A program made the translations under genes and the position numbers. 64,000 nt of DNA from Microthrixaceae bacterium (GTDB lineage: Bacteria > Actinomycetota > Acidimicrobiia > Acidimicrobiales > DATDAH01), in NCBI GenBank assembly GCA_020637195.1, contig JACJWK010000002.1:2299-66298 (forward strand). Direction: 5' to 3'. This document shows, piece after piece, positions 1 through 9,335 of this stretch (position 1 is the stretch's first letter; each line of letters begins with the position of its first letter). The notes beneath the pieces were generated by a model, which searched no databases, had not been told where the DNA came from, and saw only the letters and a list, made by a program, of their open reading frames with translations.

Positions 1-216
1 CTGGCCCCGGACGCGGCGGCGGACGTGATCGTGGTCGACGGCGACCCCGCCACCGACGTCTCGGTGCTCGGTGACAAGCGGCGCCTCCGCCACGTGTTCT
101 CCCGAGGGCGGGCGGTCGACCTCGACCGGCCGTGGCCCACCCGGGCGCCGCTGCCCGGGGAGAAGGTGGGCACGTGGTCGACCGAGCTGCTCACCTGGGA
201 CCTGGTGCACCCGTGA
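1..216 (+). CDS. amidohydrolase-family protein, C-terminal fragment (5' end outside window)
   Basis: Frame 1 is open from base 1 (LAPDAAADVIVVDGDPATDVSVLGDKRRLRHVFSRGRAV...). This is a typical C-terminal strand of metal-dependent amidohydrolases. Stop TGA 214-216 overlaps the next GTG. Confidence 0.5.
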   Translation: MAPDAAADVIVVDGDPATDVSVLGDKRRLRHVFSRGRAVDLDRPWPTRAPLPGEKVGTWSTELLTWDLVHP

Positions 217-1421
217 CCGGGGCCGGGCCCCGCGTGGTCACCGTCTCGACCTACGCCGAGGCACGCGACGCCTTCCGCCAGAAGCAGCTGCGCCAGGCCC
301 TCTACGACGACGGCGACGTCGTGATGGCCGACGTCCTGGTCAACCTGCACGGCGACGAGCACCGGGCCCGGCGCCGGCTCGAGAACCGGCTGTTCCGGCG
401 CGACACCCAGGTCCGCTACGAGCGGGAGCTGTTCCCGCCCATCGTCGAGGAGACACTCGCCCCCCACGTGGCCGCGGGCCGGGCCGAGCTGGTCAGCCTC
501 AGCCACCAGATGATGATGAACCTGTCGGCGTTCACCGCGGGGGTCGACCGGCCGCTCCGGACGGTCGAGGAGACCCACCGGCTCTACGAGTACCTCATGC
601 GCTTCATCGAGGGCGCCACCCTCGCCCACTACACCGGCGACCGGGAGGCCAAGCGGGCGCAGGTGGCCGCCGCGCTCGCGGCGTTCGACGAGGAGTTCCT
701 GCAGCCCTCGATCGCGCGGCGCCGCCGGGAGCTCGACCGGCTGGCCCGGGGCGAGATCGCCGAGGAGGAGCTGCCGCGCGACGTGCTCACCGTGCTGCTG
801 CGCAACCTGGACGACCTCTCGCTGCCCGACGAGGTGGTCCTGCGGGAGACGTGCTTCTACCTCCTCGCCGGGGCCCACACGTCCGCCACCGCCTTCGTGC
901 GGACCCTGCACCACCTGTTCGAGCTGGAGGCGGCGGACCCGGCCGGCGCCGCCTCGCGGCGCGACCTCGACGCCCTCCAGCGCTGCGTCCACGAGACCGT
1001 CCGGCTCCAGCCCTCCAGCCCGGTCGCGTTGCGGTGGGCGCTGGACGACCTCGAGCTCGCCGACGGTCGCCGGGTCACCCGGGGCGACCAGGTGGTCATC
1101 GACCTGATGGCGGCCAACCGCGACCCGGCCGCGTTCGGCGACGACGTCGAGGGCTTCGATCCCGACCGCGAGCTGCCCCCGGGGGTGGCGCGCTGGGGGC
1201 TCAGCTTCGGCCTGGGCATGCACGCCTGCATCGGCCAGGACCTCGCCGCCGGCGTCGAGCCGGGGCCCGACGGCCCGGGGGCCGACCACCTCTACGGGCT
1301 GGTGCCGGTCGCGGTGCGGGCCGCCCTCGACGCCGGCGCCCGACCCGACCCCGAGCACCCGGCGCGGCTCGACCCCGACTCGGCGCGGGGCTACTGGTCG
1401 GCTTACCCGGTGCTGCTGTAG
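213..1421 (+). CDS. cytochrome P450
   Basis: Heme-thiolate loop FGLGMHACIGQDLA (FxxGxHxCxG) and ExxR motif (ETVR). GTG 213 forms a GTGA overlap with the upstream stop. The ORF track start at 132 is probably too far upstream. Confidence 0.9.
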   Translation: MTGAGPRVVTVSTYAEARDAFRQKQLRQALYDDGDVVMADVLVNLHGDEHRARRRLENRLFRRDTQVRYERELFPPIVEETLAPHVAAGRAELVSLSHQMMMNLSAFTAGVDRPLRTVEETHRLYEYLMRFIEGATLAHYTGDREAKRAQVAAALAAFDEEFLQPSIARRRRELDRLARGEIAEEELPRDVLTVLLRNLDDLSLPDEVVLRETCFYLLAGAHTSATAFVRTLHHLFELEAADPAGAASRRDLDALQRCVHETVRLQPSSPVALRWALDDLELADGRRVTRGDQVVIDLMAANRDPAAFGDDVEGFDPDRELPPGVARWGLSFGLGMHACIGQDLAAGVEPGPDGPGADHLYGLVPVAVRAALDAGARPDPEHPARLDPDSARGYWSAYPVLL

Positions 1422-1439
1422 GGCCCGGCGCGAGCCCGG

Positions 1440-2382
1440 CTACGGCGCGAACGCGGCGTAGTACCCGTCGAGCAGGTGGGGCCGGCTGTCGCCCGGGTCG
1501 GGCATGAAGTCGACCGCCACGTAGTCGCCCGGCGGGAGGTCGAGGTGCACGTACCCCTCGAGTCCGGGCGAGATGGCGCCGAGGCCGCCGAGGGCCTCGA
1601 CCGGGACCGCCGGCGTGGCGTTGACCGCCAGGTCGTCCACGAGGGCGTCGACCTCGTCGGCCGAGGCCGACCGGCCGAGGCGCAGGATCGACAGCTCGTG
1701 GAGGCCCTCGCCGCCGTCGCCCTGGTCGGTGTTGCGCACGCGGTACCAGCCGGCCGGCATGGCGTCCGGGAGGCGGTAGCCGTCCTCGGCCAGCTCGATC
1801 GTGCCGGCGACCGGGTCCGGGTCCTGCTGCGCCGGGGGCGTGCCGCCGTCGCCCCCGCCGACGGTCAGCACCGACGACATGCCCCGCAGGGCGTGGGCCA
1901 CCCCGTCCGGGTCGGGCACGTAGCACATGGCCATGACCGTGCCCGCCGGCAGGTCGACCATCGCGTCGATGGTCTGGCCCGGGCCGATGTAGCTGACCCC
2001 GCCGATCATGTCGACGTACTCGATGGCCGCTGCGCCCGACGAGTCCTGGCCCGCGGCCGCGGCCAGCTCCGCGAGGTCGACGCCCTCCTTGGGTGCGGCG
2101 AACATCACCTGATGGGCCTCGGCGCCGTCGTTGCGGAACGAGACGGTGGTCCACCCGGGCTCGAGGTCGCCCGTGGGAGCCATCTCGAACGCGTACTCGG
2201 TGCCGCTGATGTCGAGGCGCTGCACCGCGGCGGGGACCGGGTCCGCCGGTTCGGCCGAGGTGGGCGGGGCCGCCTCGGCGGGGGCCGCCGCCGGTGTCCC
2301 CGGCCGAGCCGCAGGCGCCGGCGGCGAGCGCGCCGCCGGCCAGCAGGGCGGCCGCCGCCGCCAGGCGACGCGCCGCCCTCAC
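1440..2382 (-). CDS. exported lipoprotein with two tandem cupredoxin-like repeats; reading frame interrupted near 2280
   Basis: The mature part is ORF 1440-2225. Its two ~120-aa halves are internally similar (FRNDGAEAHQV...MCYVPDPDGVAHALRGM vs RNTDQG...GLHEL...DFMPDPGDSRPHLLDGY). A GTG at 2382 (GTGA overlap with the upstream stop) encodes a lipobox signal, VRAARRLAAAAALLAGGALAAGAC, but in another frame. The two frames meet around the G5 run at 2280-2284. Confidence 0.6.
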
Positions 2383-3245
2383 CAGTCCACCTCCGGCGTC
2401 GGCGGGAAGAGGGCGTCGCGCTCGGCCCGCAGCCGCTCGCAGTCCCACGAGCGGTCGACCGGGATCAACAGGATGGGGCTCTTGGCGGGGTCGGGGTACT
2501 GGGTCCACTGGCCGCCGGTCTCGAAGGCCGGGTCGGACGCGCCGATCACGAGCTGCTCGGAGTCGTCGTCGACCGTGCCGGTGAGTGACCCGTCGTCCTG
2601 CCGCTGCGCCTCGTAGGCGAAGATCTCCCGGCGGGCCAGGTAGATCTCGCCGCTGAGCTCGGGGGTCACGGTGATGGTGGCGGTGACCCCGGGGTTGCCG
2701 TCGCCGTCGTCGTCGGCGATGCGCGGGTCGTCCGGGTCGGTGGGCAGCGGGTCGTTCGCGGGGTCCTCCAGGCGGACGCCGATGCCGGTCGGCGTCGCCG
2801 GGCGGGAGACGTGGAGCACGCCGTCCTCCTCGGTCACCGTCACCGCCACCGGGACCGGGCGGATGGCCTGGGTGGCGGCGTCGGAGAACTCGACGCTGAT
2901 CGGCTGGTCGCTGCGGTGCTCGGAGAAGCAGAAGGAGTCGTCCGAGATGATCTCGCCGTCGACGAGGTCGTAGTCGGTGAAGCCGTACGAGATGATCAGG
3001 GTCTTCATGTCGTCCCCCTCGTAGGCGACGACGTCGTAGTGGGCGTAGCGGCCGGGCAGGTCCTCGGCGCCCGCGGGCAGGGCGGCGCCCGTCGTGGTGG
3101 TCGACGCGTCGCCGGTCGCCGACGAGTCGCCGGTCGCCGACGAGTCGCCGTCGTCGCTCCCGCACGCCGGGGCGACGAGGGCCAGCGCGAGCAGCGCCGC
3201 CGCGGTGGCCCGGCGGTGGCGGGGCGATCGTGCGGCGCCGCTCAT
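2379..3245 (-). CDS. exported lipoprotein, unknown function
   Basis: ATG 3245 (ATGA overlap with the stop of the upstream dioxygenase). Signal/lipobox MSGAARSPRHRRATAAALLALALVAPAC. Low-complexity linker (GDSSAT)x2, an acidic DDDGDGNPG stretch, and 2 Cys in the mature part. Confidence 0.7.
   Translation of the reverse strand: MSGAARSPRHRRATAAALLALALVAPACGSDDGDSSATGDSSATGDASTTTTGAALPAGAEDLPGRYAHYDVVAYEGDDMKTLIISYGFTDYDLVDGEIISDDSFCFSEHRSDQPISVEFSDAATQAIRPVPVAVTVTEEDGVLHVSRPATPTGIGVRLEDPANDPLPTDPDDPRIADDDGDGNPGVTATITVTPELSGEIYLARREIFAYEAQRQDDGSLTGTVDDDSEQLVIGASDPAFETGGQWTQYPDPAKSPILLIPVDRSWDCERLRAERDALFPPTPEVDW
3111..3146. repeat. 18-bp tandem duplication (GCCGGTCGCCGACGAGTC x2) inside the lipoprotein linker
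   Basis: Two perfect adjacent copies read directly from the sequence. They encode GDSSAT-GDSSAT on the minus strand. Confidence 0.9.
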
Positions 3246-4696
3246 GCCACGGCCTCCGGGAACCAGTTGGCGTGGAAGCCGAACGGCACGCGCCTCGGCA
3301 GGTGCACCCGAGCCACCGGTCCGGCGGCGAGGTCGCGGGCGTCGAGGACGACGAGGTCGGTGGCGTCGCGGTCGTCGTCGTACACGACGTTGAGCAGCCA
3401 GCCGTCGTCCTCGGCCGAGCCGCCCGGGTCGGCCGCGAAGACGCTCTCGCCGACGTGCCCGTGGGGGCCGGCGCTCCACACCGTCCGCTCGCCGGTGGCG
3501 TCGTCGTACTTGACGACGGCATCGAAGTCGCCGAGGTGCCGGTCGCGCCGGGTGAAGCCGGACAGGTACAGGTGGCGGACCGCCACGCCGTCGTAGGCGG
3601 GGTTGATGCGGTTGAAGTCGCCCTCCATGTCGTCCATGGGCTCCCAGCCGGCGGTGCCGGCGGCCAGGTCCACCCAGAAGCGGGCGGGCCGGGCGAAGTG
3701 GTCCTTGGCCGACCGGTCGCCGAGGGGCGTGGTGTTGTCGATGCCGAAGTCGGGGTCCTGGTAGCGACAGCCGTGGAACTCGATGCGGTCGCCGTCGGCC
3801 CAGCCCGACCAGAAGTGCTGCACGTGGCCGGGCTCGACGTCGAACCAGCGCAGCTCGTCGGCGGTGCCCCGCCGGGGCATCACGCCGATGCGGGCCCCCC
3901 GCTCGGGCATCCAGCGCACCATCGGCCCGTTGCCCAGGTTGGCGATGTCGAACACGAAGGGGGAGTCGAGGAAGACCGCGTGGTGCTCGGTCATCACCAT
4001 GTCGTGCATCATCACCGGTGCGGGCAGGTCGATGTCCACGCTGTGGGACAGGGTGCCGTCGGCGTCGACCACGTGGTAGCGCAGGTACGGCTCGAACAGC
4101 GAGTAGCCGAACATGAGCATCTCGCCGGTGCGGGGGTCGAGGCGGGGGTGCGCGGTCATGGCGCCCCGCAGGCGGCCGCCGAAGTCGTACTCGCCGACCG
4201 TGTCGAGCGAGGGGGTGACCTCGGTGGGGAGGCCACCCTCCCAGAGGGCGAGGCGGCGCCCGCCGTGCTCGATGACGTGGGTGTTGGCCGGGTTCTTGAC
4301 CGGCCCCGCGTCCCCGGTGAGGTCCCGGCTGGGGAAGTCCATCACCTCGCCGAGGCCCGGGTAGATCGCCGCCCCGTGGGCCAGCTCGGCGCCGAGGCCA
4401 CGCGACCGGATCCAGCGGTTGCGGTACGACACGCGCCCGTCGCCCCCGAAGGTGACGGCGTGGAGCATGCCGTCGCCGTCGAGCGCGCTGTAGCGGCCGA
4501 TGGGCTCGAAGGCGGGGTTGGGGCCGTTGCGGACGAAGCTCCCCCGCAGCCCCGCCGGCAGCTCGCCCGACACCGCGCAGTCGGGGGCGTCGAGCTCGTC
4601 GGCCACGGGGAAGCGGTTGCCCCGGAGGTCGGGTTGGTCGTCGGGGTTGGTGACGTGGCCGGTGACGGGCCCCGTGGCGGTGGTCGGGCTGGACAT
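3242..4696 (-). CDS. carotenoid/stilbene cleavage oxygenase family (RPE65/CCO/LSD-like) dioxygenase
   Basis: 484 aa starting at ATG 4696 (MSSPTTATG...). Four-His iron-ligand contexts are present: NTHVIEH, MTAHPRLD, MMHDMVMTE, FGFHANWF. The 926-aa ORF 3242-6022 is this gene plus an upstream wrong-frame extension. Confidence 0.9.
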   Translation of the reverse strand: MSSPTTATGPVTGHVTNPDDQPDLRGNRFPVADELDAPDCAVSGELPAGLRGSFVRNGPNPAFEPIGRYSALDGDGMLHAVTFGGDGRVSYRNRWIRSRGLGAELAHGAAIYPGLGEVMDFPSRDLTGDAGPVKNPANTHVIEHGGRRLALWEGGLPTEVTPSLDTVGEYDFGGRLRGAMTAHPRLDPRTGEMLMFGYSLFEPYLRYHVVDADGTLSHSVDIDLPAPVMMHDMVMTEHHAVFLDSPFVFDIANLGNGPMVRWMPERGARIGVMPRRGTADELRWFDVEPGHVQHFWSGWADGDRIEFHGCRYQDPDFGIDNTTPLGDRSAKDHFARPARFWVDLAAGTAGWEPMDDMEGDFNRINPAYDGVAVRHLYLSGFTRRDRHLGDFDAVVKYDDATGERTVWSAGPHGHVGESVFAADPGGSAEDDGWLLNVVYDDDRDATDLVVLDARDLAAGPVARVHLPRRVPFGFHANWFPEAVA

Positions 4697-4740
4697 GGTC
4701 GGGTGGGGCTCCCTCGGTGGGGCGACAGGGGTGGGCGGGG

Positions 4741-5952
4741 TCAGGCGCGCTCGACGTACCCGTCGAGCGCGGGGGAGACCCGGAGCTCGGCGGGGACCTC
4801 GTCGCCGATGGCGAGGTCGACGGCGCGGTGGAAGTGGTGGATCAGCCGCTCGTGCCAGCCGATCTGGAACGGCCGCGCCCCGCGGGACTCGACCGACCGC
4901 TGGATGCCGCCCATGTTGGCGGTGTCCTGGGCCATCACGGTCTCGAAGAGGGTCATGCGCAGCGTGTTCTCCTCGGGCGTGTCCCCGTCGCCCCAGTCGG
5001 GCGCGAACCACACCAGCTCCAGCTCGGTGGTGCGACGGTCGAGCGGCCACATGCACAGCAGGGGGAACGCCCCGGTGTCGAGCGGCGCCACGATGTTGGG
5101 GAACCACCCGAACGACGTGCTGGTCTCGCGCCAGAGCGCCCCGACCGACGGGTTGTCCGCCGCGGGCGACGGGTCCATCACGCCGAGGAGCTCGGGCTTG
5201 ACCGCGACCGAGAGCCGGCTGTGCCCGTTCGGGAGCATCGCCACGGTCGCGGTGGTGTCGTCGTAGAGCAGCGCGGCGTTGTCGGGGTGCACGGTGCGGA
5301 TGTGGTACACCTCGAGGAAGGCGTCGACCATGGCCTTCCAGTTGGCCGGGACCACGTGGCTCTGCGTGCCGATCTTGCGCAGCGAGGGCCCGTTCACCTC
5401 GAGCATCTGCTCGCACAGCGGGCCGAGGAACTCCACGAGGGGCGCGGCGTCGGGGTCCTCGTTGACGAACACCCAGCCCTCCCACACCTCGCAGCGGACC
5501 GGCACGAGGCCGAGCGCGTCGAGCTCGAGCCCCGCGAAGCTGCGGGCGTCGGGGACCGCCTTGAGGTGGCCGTCGAGCCCGTACGACCAGGAGTGGTACT
5601 GGCAGGTCAGGCGCTTGGCGGTGCCGCAGTCGTCGCGCACGACGGGCGCGCCACGGTGACGGCAGCTGTTGTAGAAGGCCCGGACCTCGCCGTCCTCGCC
5701 CGACACGACGACGATCGGTGCCCCCGACCGCTCGAAGGTGACGTACGCACCGGGCTCGGTCAGCTCGGACGTGTGGGCGGCGTACAGCCACGTCCGCCGC
5801 CACAGGTGCTCGCCCTCGAGGGCGAAGAGCCGCTCGTCGTGGTAGCGGCCGGCCGGGAGGGGCGGGACGGGGACGGCGTCGGGGGGCGGCGCGGTGCGGT
5901 CGCGGTTCTCGACCAGCTCCCGGCGGATCGTGGCTTCGAGGGTGGCGTCCAT
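4741..5952 (-). CDS. Rieske (2Fe-2S) aromatic ring-hydroxylating/demethylating oxygenase, alpha subunit
   Basis: Rieske motif CRHRG...CQYHSW and mononuclear-iron motif NWKAMVDAFLEVYHIRTVH. No beta subunit or reductase is adjacent. Confidence 0.9.
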   Translation of the reverse strand: MDATLEATIRRELVENRDRTAPPPDAVPVPPLPAGRYHDERLFALEGEHLWRRTWLYAAHTSELTEPGAYVTFERSGAPIVVVSGEDGEVRAFYNSCRHRGAPVVRDDCGTAKRLTCQYHSWSYGLDGHLKAVPDARSFAGLELDALGLVPVRCEVWEGWVFVNEDPDAAPLVEFLGPLCEQMLEVNGPSLRKIGTQSHVVPANWKAMVDAFLEVYHIRTVHPDNAALLYDDTTATVAMLPNGHSRLSVAVKPELLGVMDPSPAADNPSVGALWRETSTSFGWFPNIVAPLDTGAFPLLCMWPLDRRTTELELVWFAPDWGDGDTPEENTLRMTLFETVMAQDTANMGGIQRSVESRGARPFQIGWHERLIHHFHRAVDLAIGDEVPAELRVSPALDGYVERA

Positions 5953-6089
5953 GGGTCTCCCTGCGCTGGCGGCTCGGTGGCGCGAACCCCGGGTGGGCGG
6001 CAGCGGGTCCCGGGGCAGCCACGATCGTAGTAAACAGTGTTCACCCCTGCCGCCCGGGAGGCGGCGCCCGCCGGAGAGGAGCGACCGAC

Positions 6090-7802
6090 GTGCCGACGCC
6101 CGACTGCCTGACCACCGCCCCGCACCGGGACTTCGACCTGCGGGTCGTGTCCGGCGCGTGGCCCGCCGACGTGTCCGGCGAGATGCTGTTCTCGGCGCCC
6201 CGGCTGAGCGGCGGGCTGCCCTACGGGATCTTCGACTTCGGCGCGGTCGCGCGCCTGTCGCTGACCCCGGGCACCCACGGCGCCCCCGACGGCCGCTTCG
6301 CCTGGCGGGTCGCCAGCATCGAGACGCCCAGCAAGCGCATCTTCGACGCCGCGCCCGAGGCCTTCACCGCGGGCCCCGTCGGCTACACGTCGCCGTTCGG
6401 TGCCCCCAACGCGACGAACACCGCGCCGCTCCCGTGGGGCGACCGCCTGTTCACCACCTGGGACGCGGGCCGCCCGGTGGAGATCCACCCCGGCACGCTC
6501 GAGTACGTCGCCGAGGTCGGCCACATCGACAGCTGGGGCGGCCCGTCGATGTTCGGCGACACGGTGCTGCCGTTCCTGTTCTCCTCCGCGCACCCCGTCG
6601 CCGACCCCGACCGCGACGGGCTGTGGACCACCAAGCTGGAGCCGGTCATGGAGCCGACCTTCGGCATGCGGCCCTCGGTCGTGTGGTGGGACCGGGACGG
6701 CACCGAGGTGAAGTGGTGGCCGCTCGAGGGCATCGCCTTCGCCGGGTCCACCCACACGGTCAGCCAGACCCGCGACTGGGTCATCCTGTGCGACTCCGGC
6801 AACTTCCGGGCCGACCCCGACGAGATGTTCGGCGGCGAGCGCACCGTCACGGTCGACGACGCCGCTCCCGTGTGGCTCGTGCGCAAGGACGAGCTCCTCG
6901 CCCGCCCGTCGGGCACCCCGGTCACGCCGTCGTGCTTCACCGTCTCGCCCCCCAACGGCCACTTCTACGCCCGCTACGACGACACCGACGGCATCTCGGT
7001 CGTGTGGGAGGGCATGGACCTGATGGACCTGGCCCTGTACGTGCGCCCCGACGACGTCGACGTGCACGGCGCCCCGGTGCCGCCCGCGTCGGTGGGCCTC
7101 TACAACATGGCGATGGCCCCGGAGACCATCGCCGAGGTCGTCTTCGACCCCGAGTCGGGCAAGTTGCTCGACCAGGGCCGCTGCCGGGAGGACTGGACCT
7201 TCAACCTGCAGCTCTCGGCCATGGACTGGAGCACCGAGGGCATGAGCGCCCCGACCCTCCACCACGTCAGCTACCAGGGCTGCCGTCCCGGCCGGGTCAC
7301 TGCGCGGGCGGCCCGGCTGTACGAGGGCCGCATCGACCTCGACGACGTCGCCGAGGAGACGCCGGGCTACCTGGCGACCTTCGAGCGGGGGAGCATGGCG
7401 CTGAAGAGCCGCTGGGAGTACGCCGACACGTCCGACCTCATCACCTCGCCGACCTTCGCCCCGCGGAGCAACGGTGCCGACCCCTCCGCCAGCGCGTACG
7501 CCGGGGGCGAGCCCGGCGGGCACGACGGCTACGTGGTGCAGCCCGTCCTCAGCGACGACGGCTTCCGGGTGGAGCTCTTCGACGCCGCCCAGGTGGGCGC
7601 CGGCCCGATCGCAGTGCTCGAGGGCACCGCGAACGAGTGCGTGCCCCTGCTGTTGCACTCGGCCTGGATGCCGACCGTCGACGAGCTCGCCGACGCCGAC
7701 CGCCTGCGCTTCAGCGACGAGCTGACCGAGGCCCGCCTCGCCGGCCTCGACGACGACCAGCGCCGGGTGGTGGCGGCGGTGGCCGAGGAGCTCGATGGCT
7801 GA
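6090..7802 (+). CDS. divergent carotenoid-oxygenase-family (CCO/LSD-like) protein
   Basis: 570 aa. SD GGAGAGGAG lies 8 nt upstream of GTG 6090. His-containing contexts spaced as in CCOs: FSSAHPVAD, GSTHTVSQT, NGHFYAR, LLLHSAWM. Clearly more divergent than the 3242-4696 product. Confidence 0.75.
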   Translation: MPTPDCLTTAPHRDFDLRVVSGAWPADVSGEMLFSAPRLSGGLPYGIFDFGAVARLSLTPGTHGAPDGRFAWRVASIETPSKRIFDAAPEAFTAGPVGYTSPFGAPNATNTAPLPWGDRLFTTWDAGRPVEIHPGTLEYVAEVGHIDSWGGPSMFGDTVLPFLFSSAHPVADPDRDGLWTTKLEPVMEPTFGMRPSVVWWDRDGTEVKWWPLEGIAFAGSTHTVSQTRDWVILCDSGNFRADPDEMFGGERTVTVDDAAPVWLVRKDELLARPSGTPVTPSCFTVSPPNGHFYARYDDTDGISVVWEGMDLMDLALYVRPDDVDVHGAPVPPASVGLYNMAMAPETIAEVVFDPESGKLLDQGRCREDWTFNLQLSAMDWSTEGMSAPTLHHVSYQGCRPGRVTARAARLYEGRIDLDDVAEETPGYLATFERGSMALKSRWEYADTSDLITSPTFAPRSNGADPSASAYAGGEPGGHDGYVVQPVLSDDGFRVELFDAAQVGAGPIAVLEGTANECVPLLLHSAWMPTVDELADADRLRFSDELTEARLAGLDDDQRRVVAAVAEELDG

Positions 7803-8622
7803 CCACGCCGGTCCGGGCCGCACCGTGCTCGTCACGGGTGCGGGTCGGGGCCTGGGCGCGGCGATCGCCGCCGCCGCGGCGGGCGACGGGTGGACCGTCG
7901 CCGTGCTCGACCGGGACGGCGCCGCCGCCGCGGCCGTCGCCGCCTCCCTCGGGGCGCGGGCGGTCCCGCTGGCGTGCGACACCACCGACGCCCACGCGGT
8001 CGACCAGGCGCTCGACCGGTTGGCCGAGGCCACCGGGCGCGACGCCCCCGAGGGACTGGTGGCCAACGCCGGCGTCGTGCGCTTCGGCCCGCTGCTGGAC
8101 CTGGCGCTCGACGACTGGCGCGCCGTGGTGGACGTGAACCTCACCGGCACCTTCGTCACCGCCCGGGCGGTCGCCCGCCGGATGGTGGCGGCCGACGGGG
8201 CGGGGTCGATCGTCACCGTGACCTCCATGAACGGCGTCGCGCCGGGGCCCAACGCCGGCGCCTACGGCGCCACGAAGGCGGCAGTGGCCCTGCTCACGCA
8301 GCAGATGGCCCTCGAGTGGGGCGGGCGGGGCATCCGGGTGAACGCGGTGGCCCCCGGCCTGATCGACGCCGGGATGTCCGAGCCGATCTACGCCGATCCG
8401 GCGATCCGGCGGCGGCGCTCCGACGCCGTGCCCCTCGGCCGGCTGGGCACCGGGGCGGACGTGGCCGCCGCCGTCCTGTTCCTGTTGTCCGACGCCGCCG
8501 CGTACGTCACCGGCACCGAGCTGCTCGTGGACGGCGGGGTGACCCGGAGCGTGATCGCGGGCCTGCCCCGGCCCGCCGCGGTCGACTCCGTCGGGCCGGG
8601 TGGCGACGGGCCGCCGGGGTGA
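7795..8622 (+). CDS. short-chain dehydrogenase/reductase (SDR)
   Basis: TGAGRGLG cofactor motif and YGATK (YxxxK) catalytic motif. 8-nt overlap with the upstream gene. Confidence 0.9.
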   Translation: MADHAGPGRTVLVTGAGRGLGAAIAAAAAGDGWTVAVLDRDGAAAAAVAASLGARAVPLACDTTDAHAVDQALDRLAEATGRDAPEGLVANAGVVRFGPLLDLALDDWRAVVDVNLTGTFVTARAVARRMVAADGAGSIVTVTSMNGVAPGPNAGAYGATKAAVALLTQQMALEWGGRGIRVNAVAPGLIDAGMSEPIYADPAIRRRRSDAVPLGRLGTGADVAAAVLFLLSDAAAYVTGTELLVDGGVTRSVIAGLPRPAAVDSVGPGGDGPPG

Positions 8623-9335
8623 CCCGCCACCTGCTGCTCGGCGGCGGCCCGCTCCACGACTTCGCCGCCACGACCGCGGTGGTCGAGCGGGTGGCCGAGG
8701 AGCAGGGCCTGCGCACCACCACGGTGACGGAGCCCGACGAGGCCGTGGCCCTGCTCACCGACGCGGCCGCCGGCGGCGCCGAGCCGTTCGGCCTGCTCAC
8801 CGTCGACGCGCTGCGTTGGGCCATGGCGGCACCGGCCTACGCGGCCCAGCGGCACGAGCACGCCTACCGCATCACCGACGCCGCGGCGGCGGCGCTCGAC
8901 CGCCACGTGCGCGCCGGGGGCGGGCTGCTCGCCCTGCACACCGCGGTGATCTGCTTCGACGGCCATCCCCACTGGAAGGCCCTGTGCGGCGCCGCCTGGG
9001 CGTGGGGGACCAGCGCCCACCCGCCGCTCGGTCCCGCCCACGTCCGGCTGACCGCCGACGGCCGTCGCCACCCGGTCACCGCGGGCGTGGGCGACTTCAC
9101 CGTGGACGACGAGGTGTACGGCTTCCTCGACGAGGAGGACGGGCTCACCCCCCTGCTCACCAGCGCGCACGGCGGGCGCGACCACCCCGTGGTCTGGGCC
9201 CGCGAGGTGGGCGCCGGTCGGGTGGTGACCGACGTGCTCGGCCACGGGCCCGCCTCCCTCGAGCACCCCGCCCACCGGCGGCTGCTCGCGCAGGCCATGG
9301 CGTGGGCGCGGCGCGACCGCGCGGCGTCACCGTGA
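8619..9335 (+). CDS. ThuA-like (class-I glutamine-amidotransferase-like fold) protein
   Basis: GTG 8619 in a GTGA overlap with the SDR stop. LLALHTAVICFDGHPHWKALCGAAW...HPVTAGVGDFTVDDEVYGFL resembles the ThuA domain. Confidence 0.65.
   Translation: MTRHLLLGGGPLHDFAATTAVVERVAEEQGLRTTTVTEPDEAVALLTDAAAGGAEPFGLLTVDALRWAMAAPAYAAQRHEHAYRITDAAAAALDRHVRAGGGLLALHTAVICFDGHPHWKALCGAAWAWGTSAHPPLGPAHVRLTADGRRHPVTAGVGDFTVDDEVYGFLDEEDGLTPLLTSAHGGRDHPVVWAREVGAGRVVTDVLGHGPASLEHPAHRRLLAQAMAWARRDRAASP

Noticed and set aside
71-3522. Very long ORFs (71-1507 +, 1201-3522 -). Similar ones occur elsewhere, e.g. 5760-8252, 11666-14266, 16607-18583, 19113-21500, 25603-28335, 27060-28982, 56274-59573 and 58391-61768.
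   Set aside because: Their translations are Arg/Pro/Gly/Ala-rich with no motifs. They lie opposite or out of frame to ORFs with clear family signatures. This is the usual stop-codon-poor wrong-frame artefact of high-GC DNA.
3242-6022. Single 926-aa ORF suggesting a giant fusion protein.
   Set aside because: Only the last 484 codons (from ATG 4696) are dioxygenase-like. The upstream part is wrong-frame sequence overlapping the Rieske gene, which is in another frame (4741-5952).
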